This document shows, piece by piece, positions 1-12,453 of a DNA stretch of 64,000 nucleotides. Position numbers and translations under genes: made by a program. This stretch comes from an uncultured Alphaproteobacteria bacterium. Its GTDB lineage: Bacteria; Pseudomonadota; Alphaproteobacteria; Rhizobiales; Xanthobacteraceae. The stretch lies in the NCBI GenBank assembly GCA_963814625.1, contig CAWFDQ010000008.1, positions 218,902 through 282,901 of the forward strand, written 5' to 3'. Within the stretch, counting starts at the first letter, position 1; each line of letters starts with the position of its first letter. Below the pieces are notes generated by a model. It worked only from the letters and a program-made list of their open reading frames with translations. It did no database searches and was not told where the DNA came from.

Positions 1-352
1 ACTCGGCTTCCGCAAGGTGATCGACACCACCTTCATGATCGGCACCATGATCCACGGCGATCCCGATCCGGAGGATTTGCGCAAATTCTTCCGGGCCCTG
101 AGAAAGGCGCAGCGCGACATCGACCTGCGGCCCGAACTGTACACGCACTACTATACGAACGAATTCCCCGACCGCTTCCATGCGCTGATGGACACGCGGC
201 GTTGGGGACCCGGCGAGCGGCTGGTGTTCGAGCCTTACACCCGGGAAGTTTATGAGGAGTCCCGCGAGTGGATCGCCGACCACCATATTTTCCCGGACGG
301 CGCCATGGGAGCCGAGCGTTATGAAAAAGCCACGCTCTCGCTGATCGCATAA
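1..352 (+). CDS. 3' part of a gene for a cytoplasmic NMT1/THI5-like (periplasmic-binding-fold) protein; the 5' end lies upstream of the window
   Basis: The frame is open to base 1 and stops at 350-352. The C-terminus (RRWGPGERLVFEPYTREVYEESREWI) is paralogous to the C-terminus of the next gene (FGRGERFVNKPLPREQFDEVFAQVERW). Confidence 0.5.
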   Translation, partial: LGFRKVIDTTFMIGTMIHGDPDPEDLRKFFRALRKAQRDIDLRPELYTHYYTNEFPDRFHALMDTRRWGPGERLVFEPYTREVYEESREWIADHHIFPDGAMGAERYEKATLSLIA

Positions 353-379
353 ATCGAAACGCTCACGGAGGAACACGCC

Positions 380-1268
380 ATGGCCAGGAGCCTGATACCG
401 GTCAAGGTTGCGCCCAAGGGAATGGGACTGAACGACTTCGTCGCCATGCAGGAGGATTTTTTCGCCGCCGAAGGTCTCGGCGTCGAATTCGACTGGAAAA
501 CCTTCCGCGGTACGCAATCGAGCTGGAAGGACTTCGACTATTTCGAGCGGCCGCAGGACCGCCCCTACACCGCGGATAAAGCGGACGTGGTGCAGGGCGC
601 CTGCCTGTGGGGGACGATCTGCAACGCCAGCGCCGGGATGGGCCGCGCCGTCACCGAAGGTTACGGCGAGTCGCCCTGGGCGATTTTCGTGCGGCCGGAA
701 CTCGGCGATTCGCAAACCGGAAGATTTGCGCAACGTGCCGGTGGCCGTCGGCATGCGCGCCGGCAGCCATTTCAACGTTCCCTATCGGCTGGAAAAATAC
801 CTGCCGCTCGCGGACATCAAGACCGTCAACACCGGCGGCTTCGGCGCGCGACTGAAAGCGCTACTCGACGGCGAAGTGGAGGCGGCTAGTCTGTTGCCGC
901 CGCAGATCGCCATGGCCGAGCAACTCGGCCTGCGTAAGATCATCGAGGATCGATTCAAAACAGTATGGTGGGTGCCGGCGAACGCGCCGCCGCAAGTCGT
1001 GCACGGCTATATGGGCGCGCTCAATCGCGCCGAGCAGGCGCTCGACGTCAATCTCGCCAAGTACCTGCCGCTGTGGAAGCTCGCCGTCCCACCGGAATTC
1101 GAGAATTACCACCCGTGGGATTTCGCCAAGTTCGGCCGCGGCGAGCGTTTCGTCAATAAACCGCTGCCGCGCGAGCAATTTGACGAGGTGTTTGCGCAGG
1201 TGGAGCGCTGGGGCCTCGATCAGTATCTCAAGGAGCGCAATCCCGAGACGCTAAGCTACCAGGCGTAG
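380..1268 (+). pseudogene. NMT1/THI5-like binding-fold protein without a signal peptide; one frame change as assembled
   Basis: ORF pieces 380-889 and 726-1268 join into one protein (…SPWAIFVRP / SAIRKPEDLRNVPVAVGMRAGSHF…). The shift is near 700. Confidence 0.65.
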
Positions 1269-1327
1269 GTTTATCGGAACGCGGTACTGTTTCACGAGGC
1301 TAGCCCAGATCGCGGCACTATGAGAGT

Positions 1328-3723
1328 ATGGCGGCCCACCCTTCGGCCATTCTCGCAACGCACGCCATCATGAACGCAGGCATCGGAGATGCGGTCCGCC
1401 GCAAAGAGGATTTGCGCCTCGTCACCGGACGCGGCTGTTACAGCGACGATTTCAATTTTCCCGGACAAGCCTACGCGGCCATGGTGCGTTCGCCGCATGC
1501 GCACGCCCGATCCGCGCGATCGACGTAAAAGCGGCGCGGACAATGCCCGGCGTGCTTGCGGTGCTGACCGGCCAGGACGCGCTCGCCGACGGGCTCACCC
1601 GCATTCCGCATCTCGCCGCGCCGGCACGCCGCCTGACATCGTGCTGAAGAACCGCGACGGTTCGCCGGTGCCGGCGGCGCCGCATCACGTGCTGCCAACC
1701 GACCGCGTGCGTCACGTCGGGCAAGCCGTCGCTTTCGTCATTGCGGAGACGATCGCGCAGGCGAAGGACGCCGCCGAAGAAGTGGTCGTCGACTACGAAC
1801 CGCTGCCGGCGGTGATTGAGGGCAGCGCCAGCGCAGAAAGCAACGCGCCGCGGCTTTACGACGATTTGCCGAACATCATGATCGACGCCGAAGTCGGCGA
1901 CGCAGCGGCGACCGACGCGGCTTTTGCGCGCGCCGCTCACGTCACGCGGCTCGACACCTGGGTCAACCGCGTGACCGGCGTGCCGATGGAGCCGCGTGGC
2001 GCCGTCGGCATCTACGACGCGGCAAGCGGCCGTTACACGCTCTACGCCGGCTCCGGCGGCATCGTGCGCCAGAAGCGGGAGATTGCGCAAATCCTCGGCG
2101 TGCCGTTCGAACTCCGTGCGCGTCGTCGCCAAGGAAATCGGCGGCAATTTCGGCACGCGAAATAGCTTCTTTCCCGAATTCGCCATGGTGGTCTGGGGCT
2201 CAAAGCGCGTCGGCCGGCCGGTGAAATGGACGGCCGAGCGTCACGAGGCGTTCGTCACCGATTATATGGGCCGCGATCTCACCGTGTCGGCGGAACTCGC
2301 GCTCGATGCCGACGGCCACTTCCTTGCGCTGCGCAGTTCGAACCTGAGCAATGTCGGCGCCCATTCCGGCTCCTACGTGCCGCTGGTCAAGGGCGTGGGC
2401 TTGGCGACTTCCGGCTATCGCATTCCGGTTTCGCATATCCGCGCGCGCGCGGTGCTCTCGAACACCATGTGCACCACGCCCTATCGCAGCGCCGGCCGCC
2501 CGGAAGTCATCTACGTCATCGAGCGGTTGATCGACAAAGCCGCGCAGGAGCACGGCTTCGACCGCGTCGCGCTGCGCAAGCGCAATCTCATTCCGCCCTC
2601 GGCGTTTCCCTACAAAAATCCGCAAGGCATCACCTACGACAACGGCACCTATCGCGCGGTGATGGACCGCGCGATGGAGCTTGGCGATTGGAAGGGATTC
2701 AAAAAACGCCGCGCCGAGGCGAAGAAACGCAAACGGCTGCGCGGCATCGGGCTTTGCTGCTATCTCGAAACCACCGGCGGTTATCCGCGCGAGCGCGCCG
2801 ACATCACCGTGCAGCCGCAGGGCAAGGTCGATGTCGTGGTCGGCACGCTGTCCAGCGGGCAAAGCCACGAAACCACTTTCGCGCAATGCGTGGCGGAATG
2901 GCTCGGCGTGCCGTTCGACGACGTGCACATCAACGAGAGCGACACCGACATCGTCAAGGAAGGCGGCGGCTCGCATTCGGCCCGCTCGATGCGGCTTGCC
3001 GGCATCGTCATGGGCAACGCCTCCGACGCAATCATCGAGAAGGGCAAAAAGATCGCCGCCCACATGCTGGAAACCGCCGAGGACGATATCGCCTTTGTCG
3101 CCGGCCGCTTCACCGTCAAAGGCACCGACCGCTCGGTCGGCATTTTCGACGTGGCCAAAGCGGCGGCGCAGAGCGACAACAGCGTGCCGGAGGATTTGCG
3201 CGGGCCGCTCGCCGCCACCGCCGACGAGACCATCCGCCAACTCGGATTTCCCTATGGGGCCCATGTCTGCGAAGTCGAGATCGATCCGCAAACCGGCGCG
3301 CTCGAACTGGTCAGCTACACCGCGGTCGACGATGTCGGCCGCGCCATCAACCCGATGGTCGTGCACGGCCAAACCCATGGCGGCGCCGCGCAAGGCATCG
3401 GCCAGGCGCTGTGGGAGCTTTGCGCCTACGACGCGCAGGGGCAGCTGTTGTCGGCGTCGTTCATGGACTACGCCATGCCGCGCGCCGATCTCCTGCCGTC
3501 GTTCACCACCGACATCAGCGAGGTGCTCACGCCGACCAACAAGCTCGGCGTGCGCGGCGCCGGCGAAGGCGGCACCACCGGCGCGCTCGGCGCCGTGGTC
3601 AACGCCGTGGTCGACGCGCTCGCCGAATTCGGCGTCACCCACATCGAAATGCCGGTGACGCCGGAACGCATCTGGCGGGCAATCGTAATCAACTCCGCGC
3701 TCCCCACGCGCGGGGAGAGATGA
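1328..3723 (+). pseudogene. Xanthine dehydrogenase / CO dehydrogenase-family molybdopterin-binding large subunit (CoxL-like); at least 3 frame changes; start may be 1364
   Basis: Pieces 1328-1528, 1389-2165 and 1996-3723 concatenate into one CoxL/XdhA-type protein. Motifs are [38 protein letters not shown] and GGGSHSARS…VRGAGEGGT. Shifts are near 1508, 1620 and 2110. No FAD (CoxM) or 2Fe-2S (CoxS) partner genes are adjacent. Confidence 0.8.
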
Positions 3724-3742
3724 AAACTAACAAGGAGCAACC

Positions 3743-4476
3743 ATGCCTGATATCCTGACCAAACAAGACGGCCCGATCCTGCGCATCACCTTGAACCAGC
3801 CGGAGCGCGGCAACGCGGTGTCCGATCAAATGGTGGCGGAGCTGACCGGCATCATCGAAGGCGCGGAGAAAACTTCGAGCGTCGTCGTGCTGCGCGGCGC
3901 CGGCAATGATTTTTGCGTCGGCCGCGCCATGATGGGGCAGCGGCCGCCAACGGAGCCCGACGCCTACGAGCGCCGCAGCTTCAGCGATGTCGTGTTCGAC
4001 TGCTACGGCGCCATGCGCAACGCCAAAATTCCGATCGTCGCGGTCGTGCAGGGCCGCGCGCTCGGCTTCGGCTGCGCCATCGCCGCGGCGTGCGACATCA
4101 CGCTGGCGAGCGACAAGGCCGTCTTTCAGGTCCCCGAAATGGCGCACAACATCTTGCCCACCATGGTGATGTCGTCGTTCGTCGACCGCGTGCCGCGCAA
4201 GGCGATGAGCTATCTGGTCTATTCGCAAGCCGAGATCGGCCCGGAGCGCGCGCTCGAGCTTCGGCATCGTCAGCGACGTGGTGCCGGCGGCCAAACTCGA
4301 CGCGGCGGTGGAGACGCTTGTGCGCCGCCATCCTCAAAGCGCCGCGGCCGGCGATCTTCGGCGTCAAGGAATACGTCAAGACCGCGCCCGACATGGCGGT
4401 GTTCGGCGCCGTCGAATTCGCCCGCAACCTGCACGCCACGGTCAATTCGTCCGGCGAGATGCGGCGGAAGAATTAG
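3743..4476 (+). pseudogene. Enoyl-CoA hydratase/isomerase (crotonase) family protein; 2 frame changes
   Basis: Crotonase motifs VVVLRGAGNDFCVGRA and VAVVQGRALGFGCAIAAACD are present. The three frames join near 4260 and 4317 to give …GIVSDVVPAAKLDAAVETL / CAAILKAPRPAIFGVKEYVK…. Confidence 0.75.
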
Positions 4477-4644
4477 GGCAGTTACTCTAAAGAAGGCCCG
4501 GCAGATCGCTGCACTCGTGCTGGCTGCGACGCATGCTGGCGGATGTTGTATTCCGCGCGAAAACTTATAGTCTGCCGCGCCGTGACAGCGTACCTCCCCT
4601 CCCCTGCAGGCATCTTCGCGCCGCGCCCTCCGTAAGGCGCGGCG

Positions 4645-6694
4645 ATGATCGTCGTTGCCATCGACATCGGCGGCACCTTTACCGACCTCGTCGGCTTCGA
4701 CGACAAGGCGGGCCGCTTCGTCGAGGCCAAGAGCCTCACCACCCCGCACGAACTGACCCAGGGCATCCTCGACTGCATCCGCAAGAGCGGGCTTAAGGCC
4801 GCCGCCATCGACGAACTGATCCACGGCTCGACCATCGCCATCAACACGCTGATCGAGCGCAAGGGCGCCAAGACCGGACTCATCGTCACCAGCGGCACGC
4901 GCGACGTCTATATCATCGGCCGCGGCAACCGGCCGGAAGCCTACAATCTGTTCTTCCACCGCCACCGGCCGCTGGTGCCGCGGCATCTCACGCGCGAAGT
5001 CGAGGAGCGGCTGTTGAGCTCGGGCGAAATATTCCGCCCGCTCAACAAGGCGAGCGTCACCGAAGCCTGCCGCGCGCTCGCCGCCGAAGGCGTCGAAGCG
5101 GTCGCGGTGTGCCTGCTGCACTCCTACGTCGATCCCGACGCACGAGCGCATCGCCGGCGCGATGGTGAGCGAGGCGCTGCCGCACGCCTACCTGTCGCTC
5201 TCGCACGAAATCTTGCGCGAATATCGCGAGTTCGAGCGGCTGTCGACCACGGTGGTCAACGCCTATATCGGGCCGAAGGTCGGCGGCTATGTGAGCAACC
5301 TGAAATCGCGCCTCGGCGAGATACGGCTTTGCCGGCGAACTTGTCCATCATGCGCTCGAACGGCGGCGTGATGACGCCGGAAGTGGCGACCGACGCGTCC
5401 GGTGGCGATGATGGAATCCGGTCCGGTCGGCGGCATCATCGCCTCGGCGCGCGTCGGCGAGAAACTCGGCTTCGCCAACGTCATCTCCTTCGACATGGGC
5501 GGCACCACGGCGAAGACGAGCCTGGTGCGCGACGGCGAGCCGACGCTGGCGCCCGGCTATTACGTCGGCGGCTATGCCAGCGGCCATCCGGTGATGCTGC
5601 CGATGATCGACGTCGTCGAAGTCGGCGCCGGCGGCGGCAGCATCGCCTGGACCGACGACGTCGGCGCGCTCAAGGTCGGCCCGCAAAGCGCCGGCGCCGA
5701 TCCCGGCCCGATCTGCTATCGCGGCGGCGGCACCGAGCCGACCATCACCGACGCCAACGTGGTGCTCGGCCGGCTCGATCCGCAGAACTTTCTCGGCGGC
5801 GAGATGGTGCTCGACGCCGACGGCGCGCGCGCCGGCATCGAGCGGAAAATCGCCAAGCCGCTGGGCGATGGACACGATCGAGGCGGCGCAGGCGATCGTC
5901 GAGATCGCGATCGCCAAAATGTCGCTCGCGGTGCGCGAAGTCTCGGTCGAGAAGGGCTACGATCCGCGCGATTTCGTGCTGGTCGCGTCGGGCGGCGCCG
6001 GGCCGCTGCACGTCTGCGCCATCGCGCGCGAACTGCACATCCCGAAAGTGATCGTGCCGCTGTTTCCCTCGCATTTTTCCGCGCTCGGCATGCTGCTCGC
6101 CGACGAGCGCCACGATTTCATCCGCACCTTCTATTGCGATCTCGCCAGCCTCGACTTCAAGGCGCTCAACGCCGTGCACGACGAAATGGCGAGCGAGGCG
6201 AAGAAAAGCCTGCGCCATGTCGCGCAACGCCGCAATGGCAGATCGCGCTCGATCTGCGCTATGTCGGGCAGGAATTCACGCTCTCGGTGCCGGTCATCCC
6301 CGAGGCGATCAAAAAGGGCGAGCGGCAGAAAATCCGCGCCGCGTTCGATGCGCTCTACGAGCATCGCTACGCGCACCAGTCGCCGGACGAGCCGGTGGAG
6401 ATGGTCAATATCCGCCTCGCCGCCATCGGCAAGCGGCCGAAGCTTGCGCTTTCCGCAGGCTTGCCAAGCGCGCCGGCGCCAAGGCGTCGCGCCGCCGCGA
6501 CGTTTACCTCGGCGATTCGCGCAAGCCGGTGTCGTGCCCGGTCTATCAGCGCGCGCGAACTGGGCGCCGGCGCCCGCATCAAGGGCCCGGCGCTGATCGA
6601 GGAGCACGGCACCACGACCGTGCTGTTCGGCAGCGACCGCTGCGCCGTCGCGCCGTCGGGCGAACTGATCATCGATGTCGGAGGCGCGCGATGA
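4645..6694 (+). pseudogene. hyuA: Hydantoinase/oxoprolinase family, A (HyuA-like, ATP-binding) subunit; about ten frame changes
   Basis: The N-terminus is MIVVAIDIGGTFTDLV, followed by FDMGGTTAKTSLV, GPQSAGADPGPICYRGGG and a C-terminal IKGPALIEEHGTTTVL. The pieces are scattered over all three frames, with shifts near 5140, 5322, 5345, 5397, 5867, 6235, 6480 and 6551 at least. The stop overlaps the next start (ATGA at 6691-6694). Confidence 0.8.
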
Positions 6695-8509
6695 GCAAAA
6701 AGCCCAAAAAGAGCCAAGCGCGGCAAGAAACCGCTCGACGCGGTGACGCTCGAAGTCATCCGCAACGCGCTGCCGGCCATCGCCAACGAGATGGCCGCCG
6801 ACCTGCAGCGCACCTCCTACAACATGATGATCTACGAGGTGCGCGATTTCTGCACCTCGCTGGTCAACACCAAGGGCGAGCTGATCTCGCAGAACGTCGG
6901 CGGCGTCTCGCACTTCGTCGCCGATCTCGGCGTCATCATCACCGACGCCATGAAGCGCTACGGCGCCGAAGGGCTTCACCGAAGGCGACGTGATCATCAC
7001 CAATCATCAGGCGGTCGCCGGCCAGCACCTCAACAATATCGTCATCTACATGCCGTATTTCTACCAAGGCGAGCTTTTGCTGTTCGCCATGGTGCGCGCG
7101 CATTGGATCGACGTCGGCGGCATGTCGACCGGCTTCGGCGCCGGCCCGAGCGTCGCCGATCCGTGGCTCGAAGGCCTGCAGCTCGACCAGCTGAAAATCT
7201 ACGAGGGCGGCAAGCTCAACGAGACGCTCTATCGCGTGCTCAAGGACAACATCCGCTTCCCGGAATCCTCGCTCGGCGACATGAAATCGCAGATGGCGGC
7301 TTGCCGGCTCGCCGTGCGGCGCATGAACGAGCTGTTCGACAAATACGGCCGAGACACCATTCTCGACGCCATCGCGCAGATTTTCGACGAGACCGAGCGC
7401 AAGTGCCGCAACGTCGTGGAGAAACTCGAAGACGGCGTCTACGAGGCGGACGTCCTTCATCGACGACGACGGCGTCAAACGCGACGAGCGCGATGCCGAT
7501 CCACGCCAAGGTCACGATCGATCGCGGCAGCATGACCATCGATCTCTCCGGCTGCTCGGCCGAGCGCAAGGCGGCGATCAACTCGCGCACCTATGCCGGC
7601 GCGCGCGTCGCCTATAAGGCGCTGACCGGCCCGCTCGAACCGGTCAACGAAGGCTCGTTCCGCGCGCTCAAGGTGATCATCCCGGAAGGCAACATCATGA
7701 TGGCGCGCTATCCGGCGCCGATGTCGGGCTGGAGCATGATCGTGCCGACCGTCGTCGACACCATCGTCAAGGCGCTCGGGCCGGCCATGACGGATCGCGT
7801 GCCCGCCGGGCATCACGGCCTGCTCGGCGGCTCCATCGTGTTCTTCGGCGTGCATCCGAAGACGCAAGCGCCGCTTCGTGGTGCAGAGCATCGAGGGCGG
7901 CGGCTGGGGCGGACGGCCCACCGAGGACGGCGAGTTCGGCACCGTCTCGGTCTGCCAGGGCGACGTGCGCAACGCCTCGATCGAGGGCATCGAGCTGAAA
8001 TGCCCGGTCGTGGTCGAGAGCCGGGCGCTGCGCACGGATTCCGGCGGCGCCGGCAAGCATCGCGGCGGGCTCGGCCTCGATACCTGCGTGCGCAATCTGG
8101 TCGACGGCCGCTGGAATTTCGATCATCCGCAAGCCGCGAGCAATGCCCGCCGTGGGGATTGTGGGGCGGCAAGGCCGGGACGCACGGCGATTTTCTGCTG
8201 CGGCAGCCCGGCGAGAACGATTTCCGCTCCATGGACGCGACGCATTATCCGGTGCCGGTGCAATCCGAGGTGATCGTGCGCACCGGCGGCGGCGGCGGCT
8301 GGGGCGATCCGGTCGAGCGCGACCCGGCGCTGGTGCGCGCCGACGTGATCGAGGAATTGGTCTCCCGCCGCGCCGCCGAGGAGCTCTATGGCGTCGTGCT
8401 CAGGGACGATTTGACGCTTGACGAAGCCGAGACCGAACGGCGGCGAAATGCGCTAAGATCGGCGGCAAAGAGGGAGGAAGACGATGGGAGCCGTCGCCGC
8501 GACATTTGA
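6691..8509 (+). pseudogene. hyuB: Hydantoinase B/oxoprolinase family (HyuB-like) subunit; 6-7 frame changes
   Basis: Motifs are VTLEVIRNALPAIANEMAADLQRTSYNMMIYEVRDF, ITNHQAVAGQHLNNI and GGGGWGDPVERDPALVRADV. Shifts are near 6715, 6975, 7460, 7490, 7870 and 8150. Confidence 0.8.
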
Positions 8510-8631
8510 GCCGCCGCGCCATGACTTTTCCCCTACTCCCCGTCGGGGATGGCGGGCGGGGCGAGCGGCGCCGGCAAAGTCGGCGCCCGGCACAGCCCGA
8601 TCTCTCCCGCCGCCGGAACGAGGAAGCGGAC

Positions 8632-9625
8632 ATGCGCAGGCAGCGACCGCTACGCGGCATGCTCGCGAGGGCCCTTGTTACCGCGATCGCCGCACTGTTT
8701 TTGCTCATCGGGCCGATGGTGCTCATCGGCGTTGGCTGCCGACCTTCTTCGCGTCGGCAATGTCGGCGCCGTGGCGTTCTCCTTCGTGCCGACCAATGTC
8801 GGCAAGGAAACCGGCATCTTCGCCAAGAACGGCCTCGATGTTCAGATCACCGGCTTTGCCGGCGACGCCAAACTGCAGCAGGCCATGGCCGCCAATGCCG
8901 TCGATGTCGGGCTCGGCTCCGGCCCCGGCATGGCCTTCATCGTCAAGGGCTCGCCGGTCAAGGCGATTGCCGACATTGCCGGACCGCCGCTCATCTTCGC
9001 GCTCGTCGTGCGCGCCGACAATTCGGTGAAGACGATCGACGATCTCAAGGGCCACAAGGTCGGCATTTCCACCGTCGGGTCGGCGACAAGCTGGCTGATG
9101 AACGAGGTGTCGCGGCAGCACGGCTGGGGCTACACCGGTTTCGACGAGGTGCCGATCGGCGACAACGCCGCGCGCCTTGCGGCGCTGAAAGCAGGCTCGA
9201 TCGACGGCTGCGTGGTCGATATCGGCTCGGCGCTCAATTTCGTCCAGCACGGCGACGGCCGCATCCTGATGCGCTTCGGCGACGTGGCGAAGAATTTCAT
9301 CATGCACGTCATCTTCGCCACCGACACAGCCATGGCCGAGAAGCCGGACGATCTGCGCGCCTTCGTCAAGGGCTGGTTCGAGAGCATCGCCTACATGCGC
9401 GCGCACAAGGCAAAGACGGTCGAAATCGCGCAAAGCGTGATGCACACCGACGCGCAGACGACCGGCGGCATTTACGACGAGCTGATGCCGATGTTCACCG
9501 ACGACGGCCATTTCGATGCGAAGGCGCTCGCCGTACTGCAGCGCTCGTTCGTCGAGATGAAGATACTTCCCAGCGAACCCGACATGAGCAAGCTTTATAC
9601 CGAGGCGTTTCTGCCGAAAAACTAA
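8632..9625 (+). pseudogene. ABC transporter periplasmic substrate-binding protein, NitT/TauT (NMT1-like) family, paralogue 1; one frame change between the signal peptide and the mature domain
   Basis: The signal peptide MRRQRPLRGMLARALVTAIAALFLLIG is in the 8506 frame. The mature domain (LRVGNVGAVAFSFVPTNVGKETGIFAKNGLDVQ…PDMSKLYTEAFLPKN) is in ORF 8549-9625. The shift is near 8730. Confidence 0.8.
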
Positions 9626-9651
9626 GTCCTCACGACCAGGGAGTGATCACC

Positions 9652-10617
9652 GTGAAACGCACGATATCGCTGCTTGCAGCCGCGCTCGCCTTGGCGCTGC
9701 TCAGCCGCGCAGGGCGCGCGCAGCCGGTGCAGACGCTGCGCGTCGGCAAGGCCGTCCCCGAAGCGTTCACGTTCACGCCGCTCGACATCGGCATGCGCAA
9801 GGGCTTCTTCAAGCAAGAACGGCCTCGACATTCAGGAGACCGCGTTTGCCGGCGACGCCAAGCTGCAGCAGGCGATGGCGTCGGACAGCATCGACATCGG
9901 CATCGGCTCGGGGCCGGCTTTGGCCTTCATCGTCAAGGGTTCGCCGATCAAGGGCGTCGCCGCCATGGCGGGGCCGCCGCTCCTGCTCGCCATCGTGGTG
10001 CGGCCGGACGGCCCCAAGACCGTCGCCGACCTGAAGGGCAAGAAGGTCAGCGTCTCGACCGCGGGCTCGCTGACCTACTGGCTGGTGAGCGAAACCTCGC
10101 GCCGCCAGGGCTGGGGGCCGAACGGCATCGAGATCGAGCCGATGGGCGCCATGGCCGGCCAGATCGCCGCCCTCGAGCGCGGCGACATCGACGGCGTGAT
10201 CATGGACATCGCGCAACGCGCTCGATCTGGAAAAGAAAGGCGAGGGGCGCATCCTCGTGCGCTTCAACGACTTGCAAGGACTTCGTCACCCACGTCATCT
10301 TCGCGACCGATAAGCTGATCGCGACCCGGCCCGACTCCATTCGCGGCTTTCTCAAAGGCTGGTTCGAAACCATCGCCTTCATGCGCGCCAACAAGGCCGA
10401 GACGGTCGCAATCGCCGCGCAGGTCCTGCAAAAGGACCCCGACATCATCAGCCGCACCTACGACGACGTGATGCCGATGTTTTCCGATGACGGCAAGTTC
10501 AACCCGAAGGGGCTCGCGGTGCTGGCCAAATCGTTCGTCGAACTGCACACGCTGCCGACCGAGCCCGACATGAGCAAGCTTTACACCGAAGCGTTCCTGC
10601 CCGCCGCTTCGAAGTAG
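9652..10617 (+). pseudogene. ABC substrate-binding protein, same family, paralogue 2; 3 frame changes; GTG start
   Basis: AGGGAG lies 8 nt upstream of the GTG at 9652. The signal peptide is KRTISLLAAALALALLSRAGRA. The body matches paralogue 1 (KNGLDIQETAFAGDAKLQQAM…PDMSKLYTEAFLPAASK). Shifts are near 9813, 10211 and 10274. Confidence 0.75.
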
Positions 10618-10632
10618 GACGGATCGACACCG

Positions 10633-11620
10633 ATGTTGGCGCAGTGTCCGGCGATGCGGGGAGCGTGTGCAACCGCGGTTGCCGCCTGCGTTGCAATCGC
10701 CGGCTCGCTTCTCGCGGCCAACACGGCGGACGCACAAACCATGATTCGCCTCGGCAAGGCGCAGGCCAACCAATTCGCCTTCGTACCGGCAGACGTCGGC
10801 GTCGATACCGGCATTTTCAAGAAGCACGGCATCGACTTCGTATCAGCGCCTTCGGCGGCGACGCCAAGATTATGCAGGCACTCACCGCGGGCAGTATCGA
10901 CATCGCGCTGGGCGGCGGGCCGGCCTTGGCCGCAATCGTCAAAGGCGTGCCCATGAAGGCCGTCGCGGTGAGCATTAACGCGCCGAACATCATCATGCTG
11001 GTCGTGCTCAAGGACGGACCGGTGAAGAGCGTCGACGATCTCAAGGGCCGCACCGTCAGCGTCTCCACCGCAAGGCTCGCTGACCTATTGGCTGACGCAG
11101 CAATTGTCGCGCTTGCAGGGCTGGGGCGACGGCGGCATCAGGATCACGCCGCTCGGCGCCTCGCGAGGCGCAGATCGCCGCACTGAAGACACATCAGATC
11201 GATGGCGTGACCACCGATAGCGTCACCGTCTACAAATTCGTCGAAACCGGTGGCGGGCGGATCCTGGTGAGATTCGGCGACTACATCAAGGTCTTTCATT
11301 CCGGATTCATCTACGCGAGCGACAAATTGATCGAAAAAAATCCCGCTGCGGTGCGAGCCTTCCTCGCCGGCTGGTTCGACACAATCGCATACATGCGCGG
11401 CCACCGGCAGGCCACAATCGAGATCGCCGTCAAGCGCACCGGCGTCTCGCCCGCGATCGCCAATGAGGGCTACGACGACACCATGCCGGTCATGAGCATG
11501 GACGGCCGTTTCAATGCAAAGGCGCTCGACGTGCTGGCGACGTCATTTGTCGACACCCACGCGCTGCCGGCGAAACCGGACATGACCAAGCTCTTCACCG
11601 ACGCGTTTTTGCCAAAATGA
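10633..11620 (+). pseudogene. ABC substrate-binding protein, same family, paralogue 3; 3 frame changes
   Basis: The signal peptide is MLAQCPAMRGACATAVAACVAIAGSLLAANTADA. The body is ISAFGGDAKIMQALTAGSIDIALGGGPALAAIVKG…PDMTKLFTDAFLPK. Shifts are near 10838, 11070 and 11163. The stop overlaps the ATPase start (ATGA). Confidence 0.75.
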
Positions 11621-12453
11621 GCGCGGGCGACGTCGCAGTCTGCATCAAGAACGTCTCGCACCAGTTCGGCGAGGCGGGCGAAGCGCAATACGTGCGCGCG
11701 CTCGACGATACCTCGCTCGACATCGTTCGCGGCGAGCTCCTGTGCCTGATCGGCCCCAGCGGTTGCGGCAAGAGCACGCTCCTCAACATCATCGGCGGCC
11801 TGCTGCCGCCGACGAGCGGCACCGTCGAAGTCGCCGGCCGCTCGCTGCGCGGGCCGATGCCGCGCGAGATCGCCTTCGTGTTCCAGGAGAACGCGCTGTT
11901 TCCCTGGAACACGGTGATGGAGAACGTGCGGCTCGGCATGCTGTTTCAAGGCGTGCCGCAGGCCGAGCGCGATAAGCGCGCCAAACACTCGCTCGAAGCG
12001 GTCGGTCTTGCCGATTTTGCCGATCATTATCCCGGCCAGCTTTCCGGCGGCATGCGCCAGCGCGCGGCGTTGGCGCGGGCGCTTTCGCTGGAAACCGGCA
12101 TCCTGTTGATGGACGAGCCGTTCGGCGCGCTCGACGAGCAGACGCGCATGATCCTCGGCGAGGACCTGTCCGTACTGCTGTCGCGCACCGAGAAGACGAT
12201 CGTGTTCGTCACCCACAGCCTCGGCGAAGCGGTTTTTCTCGCCGACCGCGTCGCCGTGTTTTCGGCGCGGCCGGGCACGATCAAGAAGATCATCCGCGTG
12301 GACGAGCCGCATCCGCGCAAGCCGGGCTTCGTCACGTCGGAGAAATTCACCGCTTTGCGCAACGAGCTTTATGCGCTGCTGCACGACGAGATCCGAAAAG
12401 CCGTCTCCGAATCGGCGCGCACCCGCGACGGTGCCGGCAGCGGGGCCGCATGA
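11617..12453 (+). CDS. ABC transporter ATP-binding protein (NitT/TauT-type importer)
   Basis: This is an intact 278-aa ORF with Walker A GPSGCGKST, signature LSGGMRQR and Walker B LLMDEPFGALD. Both of its boundaries are ATGA overlaps. Confidence 0.92.
   Translation: MSAGDVAVCIKNVSHQFGEAGEAQYVRALDDTSLDIVRGELLCLIGPSGCGKSTLLNIIGGLLPPTSGTVEVAGRSLRGPMPREIAFVFQENALFPWNTVMENVRLGMLFQGVPQAERDKRAKHSLEAVGLADFADHYPGQLSGGMRQRAALARALSLETGILLMDEPFGALDEQTRMILGEDLSVLLSRTEKTIVFVTHSLGEAVFLADRVAVFSARPGTIKKIIRVDEPHPRKPGFVTSEKFTALRNELYALLHDEIRKAVSESARTRDGAGSGAA

Noticed and set aside
2200-3642. A long antisense ORF (480 aa) opposite the CoxL-like gene. Similar long antisense or alternate-frame ORFs occur at 8506-10617, 24695-26248, 38586-39866, 39863-40807, 41694-43019 and 56233-58077.
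   Set aside because: Their translations are Arg/Ala/Gly/His-rich low-complexity strings with no recognisable motifs. They lie opposite, or out of frame with, genes that have clear family signatures. Such shadow ORFs are expected in DNA above 60% GC.
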